Of a stretch of 64,000 bases of DNA, positions 10,454 to 20,619 are shown piece after piece; position 1 is the stretch's first letter; the number at the start of each line of letters is the position of its first letter. Made by a program: the position numbers and the translations under genes. The stretch is from Eubacteriales bacterium (lineage in GTDB: Bacteria; Bacillota; Clostridia; Oscillospirales; CAG-272): assembly GCA_045636465.1 (NCBI GenBank), contig JAZTXP010000069.1, forward strand, positions 1,112-65,111, written 5' to 3'. A model generated the notes under the pieces. That model had not been told where the DNA came from, did no database searches, and worked only from the letters and a program-made list of their open reading frames with translations.

Positions 10454-10500
10454 TTTTCATACGTGCATACAGCGATTTGCTTTATGCAAGGAGGTAAAAA

Positions 10501-11589
10501 ATGAATACAACAAAAATCAGCAGCTACAATAAGCTAATTGCGTTTTTTCTGATTATTGTTGCGCTTTTGTCCGTATTGGTCGTTTCAGCGAACGGATGGC
10601 AGGATGATACACCGTTCTGGGGAAATGATGACGATACTGCGGATAATAATGAAAACAATAAAACAGACGATGATGTTCCAACGGAAGATCCCGCCGACCC
10701 TATTGAGCCTGAAGTGCCAAAATTTTATCACCATATAACCGGCGTAGAGGTGACAGAGGAAAACTATGGTGATTCGCAGGTAGCATACGTAATAGATGGT
10801 AATTCTCCGCTTTGCGGCGTTGCAAGCTGCAACGTGCTTATAGAGTTTCCGATGGAAAATCAGAAAACACGGTATATTATGATCGCAGATAAAAGCGCTG
10901 AGATGATGAAGGTAGGATCTGTTACCTACTCTAGAAAATTTATGTCAAATCTTGCGCCCGTGTTCGGCGCAACGCTAGTATCCCTGGGTAACGACGATAC
11001 CGTTGAATACGAACACGCGGATATTGGCGAGAATTTCGTTGAGTTAACAAAAAATCCGGGATCGTATTATACAGAATATACTTATTTCACTTATACAAGC
11101 ACAAAGCTTCTCAGCTCCGTAATGCCTGCATCGCCAAAAATACCCGCCTCGCTTCCGTATAGCTTTATTGGAGAGTCGGACGTAGCGATCAGAAATATAT
11201 CTGCAAAAACTATAAACATTCCTTATGAGACTGCGACTTCTTTAGTATTTTCCCAAGAACAAAACGGATACTGCTTATACAAAATGGGATCGGATAAGAT
11301 CGACGTATCTACGTCAAAGCAGGCGATATTCACTAATGCGCTCATTCTCTATGCCGATACTATGACCTATGAAACGGCAGAAAAAACCGAAATGGTTATG
11401 AATACCGTAGGGAGCGGCTCAGGATACTTTGCATACAACGGTATGGCAGAGGAAATCACCTGGTCTATGGATGCAAACGGAAATATGTCCTTATACAGCA
11501 AAAACGGCGAAAAGCTACAGATCGGCAGAGGAAGCGCCTATATAGCTTATGTGAAATCCTCCAAGATCAACAATACTATATTTTCATAA
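10501..11589 (+). CDS. DUF3048-like secreted/membrane-anchored protein (YerB-like)
   Basis: N-terminal signal anchor followed by an acidic linker. The C-terminal ...GSGSGYFAYNGMAEEITWSMDANGNMSLYSKNGEKLQIGRGSAYIAYV resembles the DUF3048 C-domain. Strong SD (AAGGAGG). Confidence 0.6.
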   Translation: MNTTKISSYNKLIAFFLIIVALLSVLVVSANGWQDDTPFWGNDDDTADNNENNKTDDDVPTEDPADPIEPEVPKFYHHITGVEVTEENYGDSQVAYVIDGNSPLCGVASCNVLIEFPMENQKTRYIMIADKSAEMMKVGSVTYSRKFMSNLAPVFGATLVSLGNDDTVEYEHADIGENFVELTKNPGSYYTEYTYFTYTSTKLLSSVMPASPKIPASLPYSFIGESDVAIRNISAKTINIPYETATSLVFSQEQNGYCLYKMGSDKIDVSTSKQAIFTNALILYADTMTYETAEKTEMVMNTVGSGSGYFAYNGMAEEITWSMDANGNMSLYSKNGEKLQIGRGSAYIAYVKSSKINNTIFS

Positions 11590-11629
11590 CAAAAAATTCT
11601 GCCCTTTATTAAGAGCAGAATTTTTCATT

Positions 11630-12184
11630 TTATTCCTCAAGCTGTTTGCCTAAAAACATTGCCGCGGTTTGTACAAGCTTTGATTCTATTTCATCAGAAA
11701 TTTTTCCCGCGGTAGGAATATCATACTGCCAACCCGATATTACGCATCCAATAATATCGCCGTCGCACAAAATCGGCATAGCACAGTTAACGTAGTGTGT
11801 GCCGACATCGGTAATAATAGATACCGATTCTCTTTTGCCGCCTCTCACATACAAGCCCCTCAGCTCAATTATTTCTTCGAGCCCCTTCGAAATCTTTCTT
11901 TCAAGATACTCTCGCTTCGATGCACCTGCAACGCTGATGATCTCATCTCTGTCGCATATAAAAATGGGAACGGATGAGGTTTTATATAATGCCTCAGCAT
12001 ATCGGGAAGCAAACTCCTGCATCTCGCCTATGGGGGAATATTTTTTGAAGATCACTTCTCCATCGCGGTCTGTGTAAATTTCAAGCGGGTCTCCCTCCTT
12101 GATCCTCATAGTACGACGAATTTCTTTGGGTATAACTACACGTCCGAGGTCATCAATCCTGCGGACAATTCCTGTGGCTTTCAT
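11630..12184 (-). CDS. spoVT: Stage V sporulation protein T (AbrB-type N-domain plus GAF-like C-domain)
   Basis: MKATGIVRRIDDLGRVVIPKEIRRTMRIKEGDPLEIYTDRDGEVIFKKYSPIGE is a near-canonical SpoVT N-terminus. The start is ATG 12184 with an AAAGGAG SD. Confidence 0.93.
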   Translation of the reverse strand: MKATGIVRRIDDLGRVVIPKEIRRTMRIKEGDPLEIYTDRDGEVIFKKYSPIGEMQEFASRYAEALYKTSSVPIFICDRDEIISVAGASKREYLERKISKGLEEIIELRGLYVRGGKRESVSIITDVGTHYVNCAMPILCDGDIIGCVISGWQYDIPTAGKISDEIESKLVQTAAMFLGKQLEE

Positions 12185-12269
12185 ATATATACAAAAATCT
12201 CCTTTATTTTTAAGGTACGTTGTTAGTATTTGTAAACAAAGGGGATTTATACTTGGGTATTGACTTTTT
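12087..12269. repeat. Direct repeat copy A (spoVT codons 1-33, its SD, the forespore-type promoter and a divergent -35 box)
   Basis: Aligns base for base with 12967-13149 at a constant 880-nt offset. I count about 7 mismatches in 183 nt by eye. Confidence 0.9.
12224..12252 (-). promoter_or_regulatory. Forespore (sigma-G/sigma-F type) promoter candidate for spoVT
   Basis: On the minus strand: GTATA, 17-nt spacer, AATACTA. This is close to the GHATR-17/18-CATnnTA consensus, and spoVT is sigma-G dependent in Bacillus. Confidence 0.45.
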
Positions 12270-12309
12270 GGGATCAATAGTATAAAATAAAAGTAAAAGG
12301 AGTGTTGTT

Positions 12310-12879
12310 ATGAGATTAGAGAATGATAATTATACAATAGAAATAACCAAAGACGAAAACTATACTCTCGATTCAACTGATAATATCACAGACTATGATT
12401 ATATATACAACCCTAATAACTTGTCTAGGAATGTGAATTATACAACATTTTTTGTTAAAATCATCTCGCAAAATAACGAAATAAAAATTGCATTAATAGG
12501 TGGAGCGTACTCGTTTGTTGAAGACTGTGCGATAATAAAAAATGACACCTTGATAGTGTTGCAAAATGAAAATGTTGCGGTAATTGATTTATCCTCGGGA
12601 AATTTAGTCAGTTATAAAAGTATAGATACCTTTGGATGTAATTTTGCTATATACGAGATTCCATCTGGATATATAATTTACGGTGAAATAGAAATATTAA
12701 AGTTATCTTTCAATTTTGATGTTGAATGGCGTTTTTCGGCAAGAGATATTTTTGTTACAATAAATGACACAGTTCCTTTTGAAATAAGTGACCAATGTAT
12801 TAAATTACATGACTTTGAAAATAATTATTACGAAATAGATTTCGAAGGAAAAATAATATACGAAAAAACAGCGGAGTGA
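12310..12879 (+). CDS. Hypothetical protein (189 aa, AT-rich orphan)
   Basis: AAAGGAG SD. It lies downstream of TTGACT-17-TAAAAT, whose -35 sits inside repeat copy A. Rich in Asn/Ile/Tyr, with no motif I recognise. Confidence 0.55.
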   Translation: MRLENDNYTIEITKDENYTLDSTDNITDYDYIYNPNNLSRNVNYTTFFVKIISQNNEIKIALIGGAYSFVEDCAIIKNDTLIVLQNENVAVIDLSSGNLVSYKSIDTFGCNFAIYEIPSGYIIYGEIEILKLSFNFDVEWRFSARDIFVTINDTVPFEISDQCIKLHDFENNYYEIDFEGKIIYEKTAE

Positions 12880-12881
12880 TT

Positions 12882-13064
12882 TCATTCCGCTGTTTCTTTA
12901 TACCTGCTAAGCACACTATGTATTGCAATATGAAACCTGTCGAATTCTGTCAATGTTGTAAAATAGGGGTCTCCCTCCTTGATCCTCATAGTACGACGAA
13001 TTTCCTTGGGTATAACTACACGTCCGAGGTCATCAATCCTGCGGACAATTCCTGTGGCTTTCAT
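12882..13064 (-). pseudogene. Truncated duplicate of the spoVT 5' end (33 SpoVT codons fused to unrelated sequence)
   Basis: MKATGIVRRIDDLGRVVIPKEIRRTMRIKEGDP is identical to SpoVT, then diverges (YFTTLTEFDRF...). It lies in repeat copy B and keeps the SD and the promoter-like sequence. Confidence 0.75.
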
Positions 13065-13149
13065 ATATATACAAAAATCTCCTTTATTTTTAAGGTACAT
13101 TGTTAGTATTTGTAAATAGAGGGGATTTATACTGATGTATTGACTTTTT
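12967..13149. repeat. Direct repeat copy B
   Basis: See copy A. The sequence diverges on both sides of the 183-nt block. Confidence 0.9.
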
Positions 13150-13343
13150 TATGTGGATATGGTAGAATAAAAAAGCAAGGGACTTAGATATGAGAAAGCC
13201 AACTGTCATAGATGGATTAATACTTAATATGTATATCCAGAAATAAGAAAAATTTTTGAGGAGAACAAATAATATCGTATGTTAAGGTTAACGTAGTTTT
13301 TGTAAAATCAAAACTATAGTTTATAAAAAAGGAAGGCAAATAT

Positions 13344-13640
13344 ATGAATATCGACAAAATTCAAGGGAAAGCGATAGACGTAATTGATTTCAACTTAAAT
13401 GTTAACAAAACTGATTCTATGATTGCGATGAAGTTTTTGATAAAGGACGAAGTTGTACGTATGATTTTTCATAACGTTTCCTCATTGAATATCAAAAATT
13501 TTTCGATGCCATATCAAATAGGTGGATTTGAAATTTTAGATAACAATGATAAAGGTTGGGAAAAATCTCACAGATATTCTGTTAACGATTACGAAGATGG
13601 TACGATAAAATTCTATTGTGAGAGTTTTGAAATAATATAA
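13344..13640 (+). CDS. Hypothetical small protein (98 aa, AT-rich orphan)
   Basis: GGAAGG SD. It lies about 180 nt downstream of TTGACT-17-TAGAAT, whose -35 sits in repeat copy B. No TM segment and no motif I recognise. Confidence 0.5.
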   Translation: MNIDKIQGKAIDVIDFNLNVNKTDSMIAMKFLIKDEVVRMIFHNVSSLNIKNFSMPYQIGGFEILDNNDKGWEKSHRYSVNDYEDGTIKFYCESFEII

Positions 13641-13690
13641 ATTATTAAGACAGCGAGTAATTTCAATACGGTTTTGTATAACCTTTGGAT

Positions 13691-13731
13691 AAAAAAGCCG
13701 AGTCAAGGCCAATGCTTTGACTCGGTTTTTT
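13691..13731. terminator. Bidirectional hairpin terminator (sigA on the minus strand, 98-aa gene on the plus strand)
   Basis: A-run, GCCGAGTCAA ... TTGACTCGG, then TTTTTT. Confidence 0.75.
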
Positions 13732-13762
13732 ATGACTGTTTAACTTAATCAGTTACAAAACA

Positions 13763-14818
13763 TCAATTGGAAAGATAGTCTCTTAGGGTCTTAGATCTTG
13801 AGGGATGACGGAGCTTACGAAGTGCCTTTGCCTCGATCTGTCTGATACGCTCTCTTGTAATGTTGAACTGCTTTCCTACCTCTTCAAGAGTTCTGGGACG
13901 ACCGTCTTCAAGGCCGAATCTAAGTTTGATTACCTGCTCTTCTCTGGATGTTAAGGTATGAAGCACATTGCAAAGCTGCTCTCTAAGGAGAGAGTACGAT
14001 GCGCTGTCAGAAGGAGCGGGGGATTCGGTATCCTCAACGAAATCTCCTAAATGGCTATCCTCTTCCTCGCCGATAGGTGTTTCGAGAGAAACGGGATCTT
14101 GGGCAATCTTCATAATTTCTCTTACCTTGTCAGCCGTTGTTCCAAGGCTTTCTGCAATCTCATCAGTTGTAGGCTCGCGACCGAGAGTCTGAAGAAGCTG
14201 ACGGGCAGTTCTTGATACCTTATGGATCGTTTCAACCATATGTACCGGAATTCTTATTGTTCTTGCCTGATCGGCAATAGCTCTTGTAATAGCTTGGCGG
14301 ATCCACCAGGTAGCATAGGTTGAGAACTTGTAACCCTTGCTATAGTCAAACTTCTCTACCGCTTTGATAAGACCGAGATTTCCCTCCTGGATAAGATCAA
14401 GGAAATACATACCCTTGCCTACATGGCGTTTAGCAATGCTTACAACAAGGCGAAGATTTGCCTCGATAAGCTCGTCCTTTGCAGCTTTATCACCCACAGC
14501 GATCTGCTCCGCAAGATAGGTTTCGCGCTCGGGAGTAAGAAGCGGAATCTTTCCTATTTCCTTCAAGTACATACGAACGGGATCGTCGATAGCAAGACCT
14601 TCCTGAGTGCAGAGGCTTTCGAGATTTTCGTTTGCATCATAGGCTTTCGCATCGAGCTCGATTTCTTTCAACTCCTCATGCTCGATATCGTCGGCGCTAT
14701 CAATGTCAGCCTTGGAGATGCTATACTCAATATCCTCCAGTGCCTTCATAATATCGGAATCGCCGATACTGTTTTTCGAGTCAATAAACTCATTAACGTC
14801 GATTTTTTCTTTTCTCAT
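13763..14818 (-). CDS. sigA: RNA polymerase primary sigma factor SigA/RpoD
   Basis: Regions 1.2-4.2 are intact ([71 protein letters not shown]). The start is set at ATG 14818 with a GGAAGG SD. The GTG at 14845 in the track overlaps the dnaG stop. Confidence 0.95.
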   Translation of the reverse strand: MRKEKIDVNEFIDSKNSIGDSDIMKALEDIEYSISKADIDSADDIEHEELKEIELDAKAYDANENLESLCTQEGLAIDDPVRMYLKEIGKIPLLTPERETYLAEQIAVGDKAAKDELIEANLRLVVSIAKRHVGKGMYFLDLIQEGNLGLIKAVEKFDYSKGYKFSTYATWWIRQAITRAIADQARTIRIPVHMVETIHKVSRTARQLLQTLGREPTTDEIAESLGTTADKVREIMKIAQDPVSLETPIGEEEDSHLGDFVEDTESPAPSDSASYSLLREQLCNVLHTLTSREEQVIKLRFGLEDGRPRTLEEVGKQFNITRERIRQIEAKALRKLRHPSRSKTLRDYLSN

Positions 14819-14841
14819 TTTTACCTTCCTTTCAAAGGTGC

Positions 14842-16611
14842 TCACTCCGTGCGCTTCTTTTTATCTAAAAGCGCTTTGAGCCCTTCATATGTATTGGTTT
14901 TTTCGGTTTTTTTCTTCTCTACAGAGCTTTTGAGATTTTGTATGCAATCATCAAGAACCTGCTCTCCGTTATCGGATAGCTGCATTCTGTTGATCTTCAT
15001 TTTTGTTATTCTGCCTACCTCATCGGAGGTGAATACGTCGTTTATATCTATCATATCGTCATCAGAGGCATAGGAATCAGAAATGTAGGCGAATACCCTT
15101 TTATTAAATTCGGTAAAGAAATCATCAGCTGTCAGCCTCCGGTTTTCAAATACCGACCTGCGATGCTCGGGATAAACAAGGAGTAACCCAAGAACGGCCT
15201 CTTCATTTTTAGCAACGGCGGGAGCTTTTATAAAATCTGTATTAACCTTATCGGAATATCCAATAGAATCCTGTTGCATTTTTTGCGATTCCTTCTGCTT
15301 ATATTCCCTAAGGTTCTTACTTATTATGCGCTCCACGTCGGTTTTAATACTTTTTGCCTCTACACTAAATACTTTCGAAATAGTCTGTATATGAATGTCT
15401 CTTTCTGCCGCAGAATAAATCTCAGAAACCACTTTTTCAAGCTCATACAGTGCTTTAACCTTGTCTTGTGACAAATTGATATCATATTTTGAAAGTATGT
15501 TTTCCATGTGATATTCAAACTTGGTTTTGGATTCGTTAAGCACCTGCTTAAACTTGTCCGCACCAAAGGTATTGATATATTCATCGGGGTCCTTTGCTCC
15601 CGGAACGCGCAGAATGGTTACGTCAAGACCAACGTCAGAAAGCATTTTTACTGCCCTCATAGCTGCCTTTTGGCCTGCCTCATCGGCATCGTAGGAGATA
15701 ATAACCTTTTTTGTATATCTGCTCATCATCCTGGCCTGCTCTGCCGTGATTGCAGTTCCGAGAGTTGCAACTGCATTGGTGAAGCCTGCAGCGTGCATTG
15801 CAATAACATCCATATAGCCTTCACAAAGTATCAGGCTCTCGGTGCAGGTATGCCTTGCGAAATTAAGCGCAAACAAATTCCTTGATTTTTTGAACACAGG
15901 AGTGTCGGATGAGTTCTTATACTTAGGCTTGGAATCATCCATAACGCGGCCGCCAAAGGCGATAACGTTTCCTGCAACGTCTATGATAGGAAACATAACC
16001 CTGTTTCTGAAGGCATCGAAATAAGTTCCCCGCTCTTCATTTTTTCCGCAAAGGAAGCCTGCCACCAGCTCATCGAATGTGTAGCCAATCCCACGCATAT
16101 GCTTTGAAAACTTATCAAAGCTATTTGGAGCATAGCCTAGTCCGAAATGCTTTATTGTAGCTATGCTGAGCTTTCTGCCGTTAGTGAAATATGACAAAGC
16201 ATTCTTCGCATCAGGAGTATCATCAAAAAGCCTCTGATGGAAATATCTCGCCGCGTCGGCATTCATTTTGAACATTCGGGCTCTGTCTATTTTAGGAGCC
16301 GACTGATATGCGCCGCGATCATCTCTTACTACTGTAATGCCTGCTCTGTTGGCCAGGAATTCAACTGCATCGGGGTAATCGAGATTTTCTCTTTTTCTTA
16401 CGAAGGTGATAGCATTGCCGCCGGCACCGCAACCGAAGCAGTAAAAGCTGTTATCCTGAGGATAAACTGTAAATGAGGGAGATTTTTCGCTATGAAATGG
16501 GCATAAGCCTTTAAGGTTAGAGCCTGCACGCTTAAGTGAAACGTAGCTGCCTATTAATGATTCAATGTCGTTTCTCATCAATACTTGCTCTATTGTCTCT
16601 TTGCTGATCAA
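14842..16611 (-). CDS. dnaG: DNA primase DnaG
   Basis: Zinc-finger motif [22 protein letters not shown] plus a TOPRIM region. The likely start is TTG 16611, 6 nt after GGGGAGGTGA. ATG 16638 and TTG 16662 are alternatives. Confidence 0.92.
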   Translation of the reverse strand: MISKETIEQVLMRNDIESLIGSYVSLKRAGSNLKGLCPFHSEKSPSFTVYPQDNSFYCFGCGAGGNAITFVRKRENLDYPDAVEFLANRAGITVVRDDRGAYQSAPKIDRARMFKMNADAARYFHQRLFDDTPDAKNALSYFTNGRKLSIATIKHFGLGYAPNSFDKFSKHMRGIGYTFDELVAGFLCGKNEERGTYFDAFRNRVMFPIIDVAGNVIAFGGRVMDDSKPKYKNSSDTPVFKKSRNLFALNFARHTCTESLILCEGYMDVIAMHAAGFTNAVATLGTAITAEQARMMSRYTKKVIISYDADEAGQKAAMRAVKMLSDVGLDVTILRVPGAKDPDEYINTFGADKFKQVLNESKTKFEYHMENILSKYDINLSQDKVKALYELEKVVSEIYSAAERDIHIQTISKVFSVEAKSIKTDVERIISKNLREYKQKESQKMQQDSIGYSDKVNTDFIKAPAVAKNEEAVLGLLLVYPEHRRSVFENRRLTADDFFTEFNKRVFAYISDSYASDDDMIDINDVFTSDEVGRITKMKINRMQLSDNGEQVLDDCIQNLKSSVEKKKTEKTNTYEGLKALLDKKKRTE

Positions 16612-16702
16612 AAAATCACCTCCCCGATTTTCTTTCATTTGTAATATACGATAAAAATGCAAAATAACACTTTTTTTATTACATCTTTTGTGAAAAAAGC
16701 GA

Positions 16703-17320
16703 TTAATAGTCGAATTTTTCTCCTAAAACCTCGTTTTCGGCTCTACCTGACGTAATTTCGATAAGCTTTTCTAAGAATATTTCGACCTTACTGCTTAATA
16801 CTCTGCCAATGATCTCTACATCTGCGCTAAAGTTGGTATCCTCTACTCTGAACTCAAACTCTGAAAATAAAAGCGATAGCTTCTGATAATCGGAATATGA
16901 CACACGGACAGTAATTTCGGTATACAGATCATAGGTTATAATTTCTGCCTCTTCAATTGCTCCAAGGGCGGAAGCTGAATATGCATGCACAAGTCCACCC
17001 GTACCAAGCAAGGTTCCTCCGAAATATCTGGTGACAACTATGACAATATCGGTAAGTCCCTTTTTTCTGATGATATCCAATATGGGCATTCCCGCCGTTC
17101 CTTGGGGCTCACCGTCGTCAGAAAAGCGCATAATGGCATTATCGCGAACAACGTAAGCATATACATGATGGCGGGCATCGGGATAATGTTTTTTCACCGA
17201 TTCAATAAATGCAAGAGCCTCAGATTCATTGCTCACTGGAAGCGCCTCGCCGATGAAGATGGATTTTCTGTCTTCAAATTCAAAGCGAGATCTATGATGT
17301 ACGGTTTTATAGCTTTTCAT
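16703..17320 (-). CDS. YigZ/IMPACT-family protein (UPF0029)
   Basis: IEDRKSIFIGEA...ARHHVYAYV...DDGEPQGTAGMPIL motifs typical of YigZ. Confidence 0.8.
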   Translation of the reverse strand: MKSYKTVHHRSRFEFEDRKSIFIGEALPVSNESEALAFIESVKKHYPDARHHVYAYVVRDNAIMRFSDDGEPQGTAGMPILDIIRKKGLTDIVIVVTRYFGGTLLGTGGLVHAYSASALGAIEEAEIITYDLYTEITVRVSYSDYQKLSLLFSEFEFRVEDTNFSADVEIIGRVLSSKVEIFLEKLIEITSGRAENEVLGEKFDY

Positions 17321-17324
17321 ACTG

Positions 17325-18590
17325 TCACCCGTTGTCGATGATATACTTTTCGTAAAGTCCCTTACCGCGACTGTCCAAAATAACCTCTACGGAAATACCG
17401 TTATCAAGATAGTCAACATTCTTTACAGTATAGACATTATACATAGAGCTAAGCTTTCCTTGCTCCGAATACGGAATCAGAAGACGGTATTCCTTTTTGC
17501 ATTTTTGTATCTCTTCGGTTATCAGTCCTAAGAGCTTTTCCAGACCGTATCCCGTCGCTCCGGAAACAATCACAGTATTCGGATCATCGGACTCGGGGAT
17601 AGGAGCTTCTAAAAGATCACATTTATTATATGCGTAAATTATGGGCTTATCGGACGCTCCAAGCTCCTCTATTACTCCTTTGGTAACCTCTATGTGCTCC
17701 GGCGCCTCGGGATCGGTTATATCCGAAACAATAATTAATATATCGGCATATACGACCTCATCAAGCGTAGATTTGAAAGCCTTGATCAGGTGATGTGGGA
17801 GCTTTCTGATAAATCCAACCGTATCGGTGAGTAATATTGATTCGCCGCAAGGAAGCTCGAACTTTCTTGTAGTTGGGTCGAGGGTTGCAAAAAGCTTGTC
17901 CTCGGACAGCACGCCTGCATCGGTCAGTTTATTCAAAAGCGTAGATTTGCCCGCATTGGTGTAGCCTACAAGCGCAACCTTGGGAATTCCGCTTTTATCT
18001 CTCTGAGAACGCATAACCATTCTGTTATGCTCCATTTCCTCAAGCTTTTTTTCAAGGGCAACAACCTTTTCCTTAAGATGTCGCCTATCGCTTTCAAGCT
18101 TGGTTTCGCCGGGGCCGCGCGTGCCTATACCGCCGCCCAATCTGGAGAGCTCTTTTCCCTTTCCAATCAATCGGGGAGCGGAATACTTAAGCTGCGCAAG
18201 CTCGACCTGAAGCTTACCTTCGCCGCTTACCGCGTGAAGGGCAAAAATATCAAGGATCAACATGCTTCTATCGATGACAGAAACATCATTGCCTATATCA
18301 TTTTCAAGATTTCTTATTTGCGCAGGACTAAGCTCAAAATCGAATATTACGAGCTTGATATTCATATTAACGCACATCTCAGAAATTTCCTTAACCTTAC
18401 CGCTTCCAATGCAGGTACGGGGATCAAAGGAGTCCTTTACTTGTATAACTCTTGCTGACGTAGTTCCGCCTGCAGTATCCAGAAGTCTTTCAAGCTCATC
18501 AAGACTTCGCTCACACTCTGCAACATCACATCCACGCTCGGCAATTCCGACCAAGATGGCTTCGCTTTTTACTATTTCCTTATCAGACAT
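17325..18590 (-). CDS. hflX: GTPase HflX
   Basis: HflX N-domain plus G-domain motifs (GYTNAGKSTLLN, DTVGF, NKCD). Confidence 0.92.
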   Translation of the reverse strand: MSDKEIVKSEAILVGIAERGCDVAECERSLDELERLLDTAGGTTSARVIQVKDSFDPRTCIGSGKVKEISEMCVNMNIKLVIFDFELSPAQIRNLENDIGNDVSVIDRSMLILDIFALHAVSGEGKLQVELAQLKYSAPRLIGKGKELSRLGGGIGTRGPGETKLESDRRHLKEKVVALEKKLEEMEHNRMVMRSQRDKSGIPKVALVGYTNAGKSTLLNKLTDAGVLSEDKLFATLDPTTRKFELPCGESILLTDTVGFIRKLPHHLIKAFKSTLDEVVYADILIIVSDITDPEAPEHIEVTKGVIEELGASDKPIIYAYNKCDLLEAPIPESDDPNTVIVSGATGYGLEKLLGLITEEIQKCKKEYRLLIPYSEQGKLSSMYNVYTVKNVDYLDNGISVEVILDSRGKGLYEKYIIDNG

Positions 18591-18609
18591 AAAATCCTCC
18601 TTTCGCTAA

Positions 18610-18655
18610 AAGAGCAAAAAGAGCGCGGATACAGACTACCCAACGCTCTTTTTTA
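18610..18655 (-). terminator. Terminator downstream of rpmE
   Basis: AAGAGCG ... CGCTCTT hairpin with T-runs on both strands. Confidence 0.6.
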
Positions 18656-18664
18656 TTACAATGA

Positions 18665-18871
18665 TTATTTCTTAACCATTGCGAGACGCTTCTTGAACTT
18701 GTCAAGACGTCCACCTGCATCTACAAACTTCTGCTTACCTGTATAGAAAGGATGGCACTTGGAGCAAATTTCAGCGTTCATATCACGCTTAACAGAGTGA
18801 GTCTTAACGGTCTCTCCACATGCACACTTAATGGTAGCTTCCTTGTATTCGGGATGTAAACCTGCCTTCAT
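18665..18871 (-). CDS. rpmE: 50S ribosomal protein L31 (Zn-ribbon type A)
   Basis: MKAGLHPEY...CACGE...[13 protein letters not shown]. Confidence 0.95.
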   Translation of the reverse strand: MKAGLHPEYKEATIKCACGETVKTHSVKRDMNAEICSKCHPFYTGKQKFVDAGGRLDKFKKRLAMVKK

Positions 18872-18959
18872 TTTAACACCTCTTCCAATTTGAAATCATT
18901 TTAATGCAATTGATTATACCATATATTTTTATAATTTGCAAGGGGTTTTTGAAAAAAAG

Positions 18960-19664
18960 TTAAATCTTTTCTTCGATTTTTTTCCTTAATCGACTCATTA
19001 TTCGCTTTTCAAGCCTGGAAATGTAGCTTTGAGAAATGCCAAGGCTCTCAGCAACCTCCTTTTGAGTCATCGCTTCACAATTTGAAAGACCGTATCTCAT
19101 TTCTATTATTATGCGCTCGCGACTGGAGAGCTCATGCACAGCATCGCGCAAAAAACGCCTCTCTTCATCCTCTTCCATATCTCTAGATACTAGATCCGCA
19201 TCACTTCCCAATATATCCGACAAAAGAAGCTCGTTTCCATCAAAATCCACACTGAGAGGCTCATCGATGGATATCTCCTTTTTCTGGGTAGTTGTTTTTC
19301 TTATAAACATTAGTATTTCATTTTCTATACATCTTGATGCATAGGTTGCAAGCTTTATGTTTTTATCCATATTGAAGGTGGAGACCGCCTTAATAAGTCC
19401 TACGGTGCCTATAGATATAAGCTCTTCTATGCTCGCCTGGGCATTATCAAACTTTTTTGCTATATACGCCACCAACCGCAGATTATGCTCAATCAGAATA
19501 TCGCGAGCTTCTTTTGTATCTATGCGGGATATCAGCTCGGTCTCCTCTTCAACACTTAATGGCGGAGGGAGCGTTTCACTACCGTTAATATAATACAATT
19601 CCTCGTGGGAAAAAATACGGCTTATTATGTTTTTCAGCTTTATGTAAAGATCACCTAAAAGCAT
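18960..19664 (-). CDS. sigE: Sporulation sigma factor SigE (pro-sigma-E)
   Basis: YYINGSETLPPPLSVEEE pro-sequence junction, IEHNLRLVAYIAKKF, KLATYASRCIENEILMFIRK and GISQSYISRLEKR. It lies directly downstream of spoIIGA. Confidence 0.93.
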   Translation of the reverse strand: MLLGDLYIKLKNIISRIFSHEELYYINGSETLPPPLSVEEETELISRIDTKEARDILIEHNLRLVAYIAKKFDNAQASIEELISIGTVGLIKAVSTFNMDKNIKLATYASRCIENEILMFIRKTTTQKKEISIDEPLSVDFDGNELLLSDILGSDADLVSRDMEEDEERRFLRDAVHELSSRERIIIEMRYGLSNCEAMTQKEVAESLGISQSYISRLEKRIMSRLRKKIEEKI

Positions 19665-20520
19665 TCGAAACAGCGGAATAAGGCATCAGTGCCAAAAATC
19701 CGCCATAGTCACCTCCCTCTTTATCTATGGCTACAGTAACGTCCGCCGAATATACCTTTCCGTTACGGTGAACCTTTACCTCATCGGGAACAAATCCGAT
19801 ATAGACGTGAGTTTCTCCGCCCTTTGTAAGGGGGATCAGCCGTATACGCTTTTTAATATTCTTATCTAAAGCATCAACATCGGTAAGGTTTATAATATCC
19901 TCCGAAACAAATCTTCTTGCCAGCTCCTTTTTCATTATTAAAACCGGCTTCATACCCAGTGGATCCATTGCCAGATTTCCCGTATCAATGAGCGCCTCCG
20001 TAAGGCATGTTTTGCCTATAAATTTTATCTCAAACTCTACCCGGGTTTCAATTTTACCGGTATTCATAACTGTGATCAACATCTTAAATACTCCTATTGA
20101 TAGTAATGCAATTAATGCAAAAAACAGCATCTTTCTGTTTACAACATCGCCTTCGATAAAAAAATCGGAAAAAGCATCCTCTAAAAGACTCCAAACAAAG
20201 CTAACAATTCCTCCCACAAGAGAAAGGAAAATTATTAGGGATATTCCAAAAACCGCACGCCCCTTAGCACCAATATCCTTGCAACAAAACACGGATGCAA
20301 ATACTACCGTCGCGAAAAATAAAGCAACACTGATGATAGGAGAACCGATCAAAACCGAAGTACATGCTGAAAGAGCTCCAAGCAATGCGGATATCAAAAG
20401 TCTTCTGTTGGAAGTCTTGTTTCGCGATAACATAGCCGCAAAATGAAGAGAAATGAGATCAACGGTGAAGTTGATTAAAAAATATATATCTATGTATAGG
20501 GTTTTCACATCAGCCACCAT
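19651..20520 (-). CDS. spoIIGA: Sigma-E processing peptidase SpoIIGA
   Basis: Five N-terminal TM helices plus a C-terminal aspartic-protease-like domain (ALIDTGN), positioned upstream of sigE. GTG 20508 (SD GGTGG) is an alternative start. Confidence 0.88.
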   Translation of the reverse strand: MVADVKTLYIDIYFLINFTVDLISLHFAAMLSRNKTSNRRLLISALLGALSACTSVLIGSPIISVALFFATVVFASVFCCKDIGAKGRAVFGISLIIFLSLVGGIVSFVWSLLEDAFSDFFIEGDVVNRKMLFFALIALLSIGVFKMLITVMNTGKIETRVEFEIKFIGKTCLTEALIDTGNLAMDPLGMKPVLIMKKELARRFVSEDIINLTDVDALDKNIKKRIRLIPLTKGGETHVYIGFVPDEVKVHRNGKVYSADVTVAIDKEGGDYGGFLALMPYSAVSNAFR

Positions 20521-20619
20521 TCAGTATTTTGTTAACAATATTCTAACACCGGCAGGGCGAATATATTGTCATAATATGTAGTACGAAAAATAAATATTTA
20601 TCGGTAAAAGAGTAATATT

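Noticed and set aside
14423-15073. 216-aa plus-strand ORF spanning the sigA/dnaG junction
   Set aside because: It is antisense to two certain genes and has no SD.
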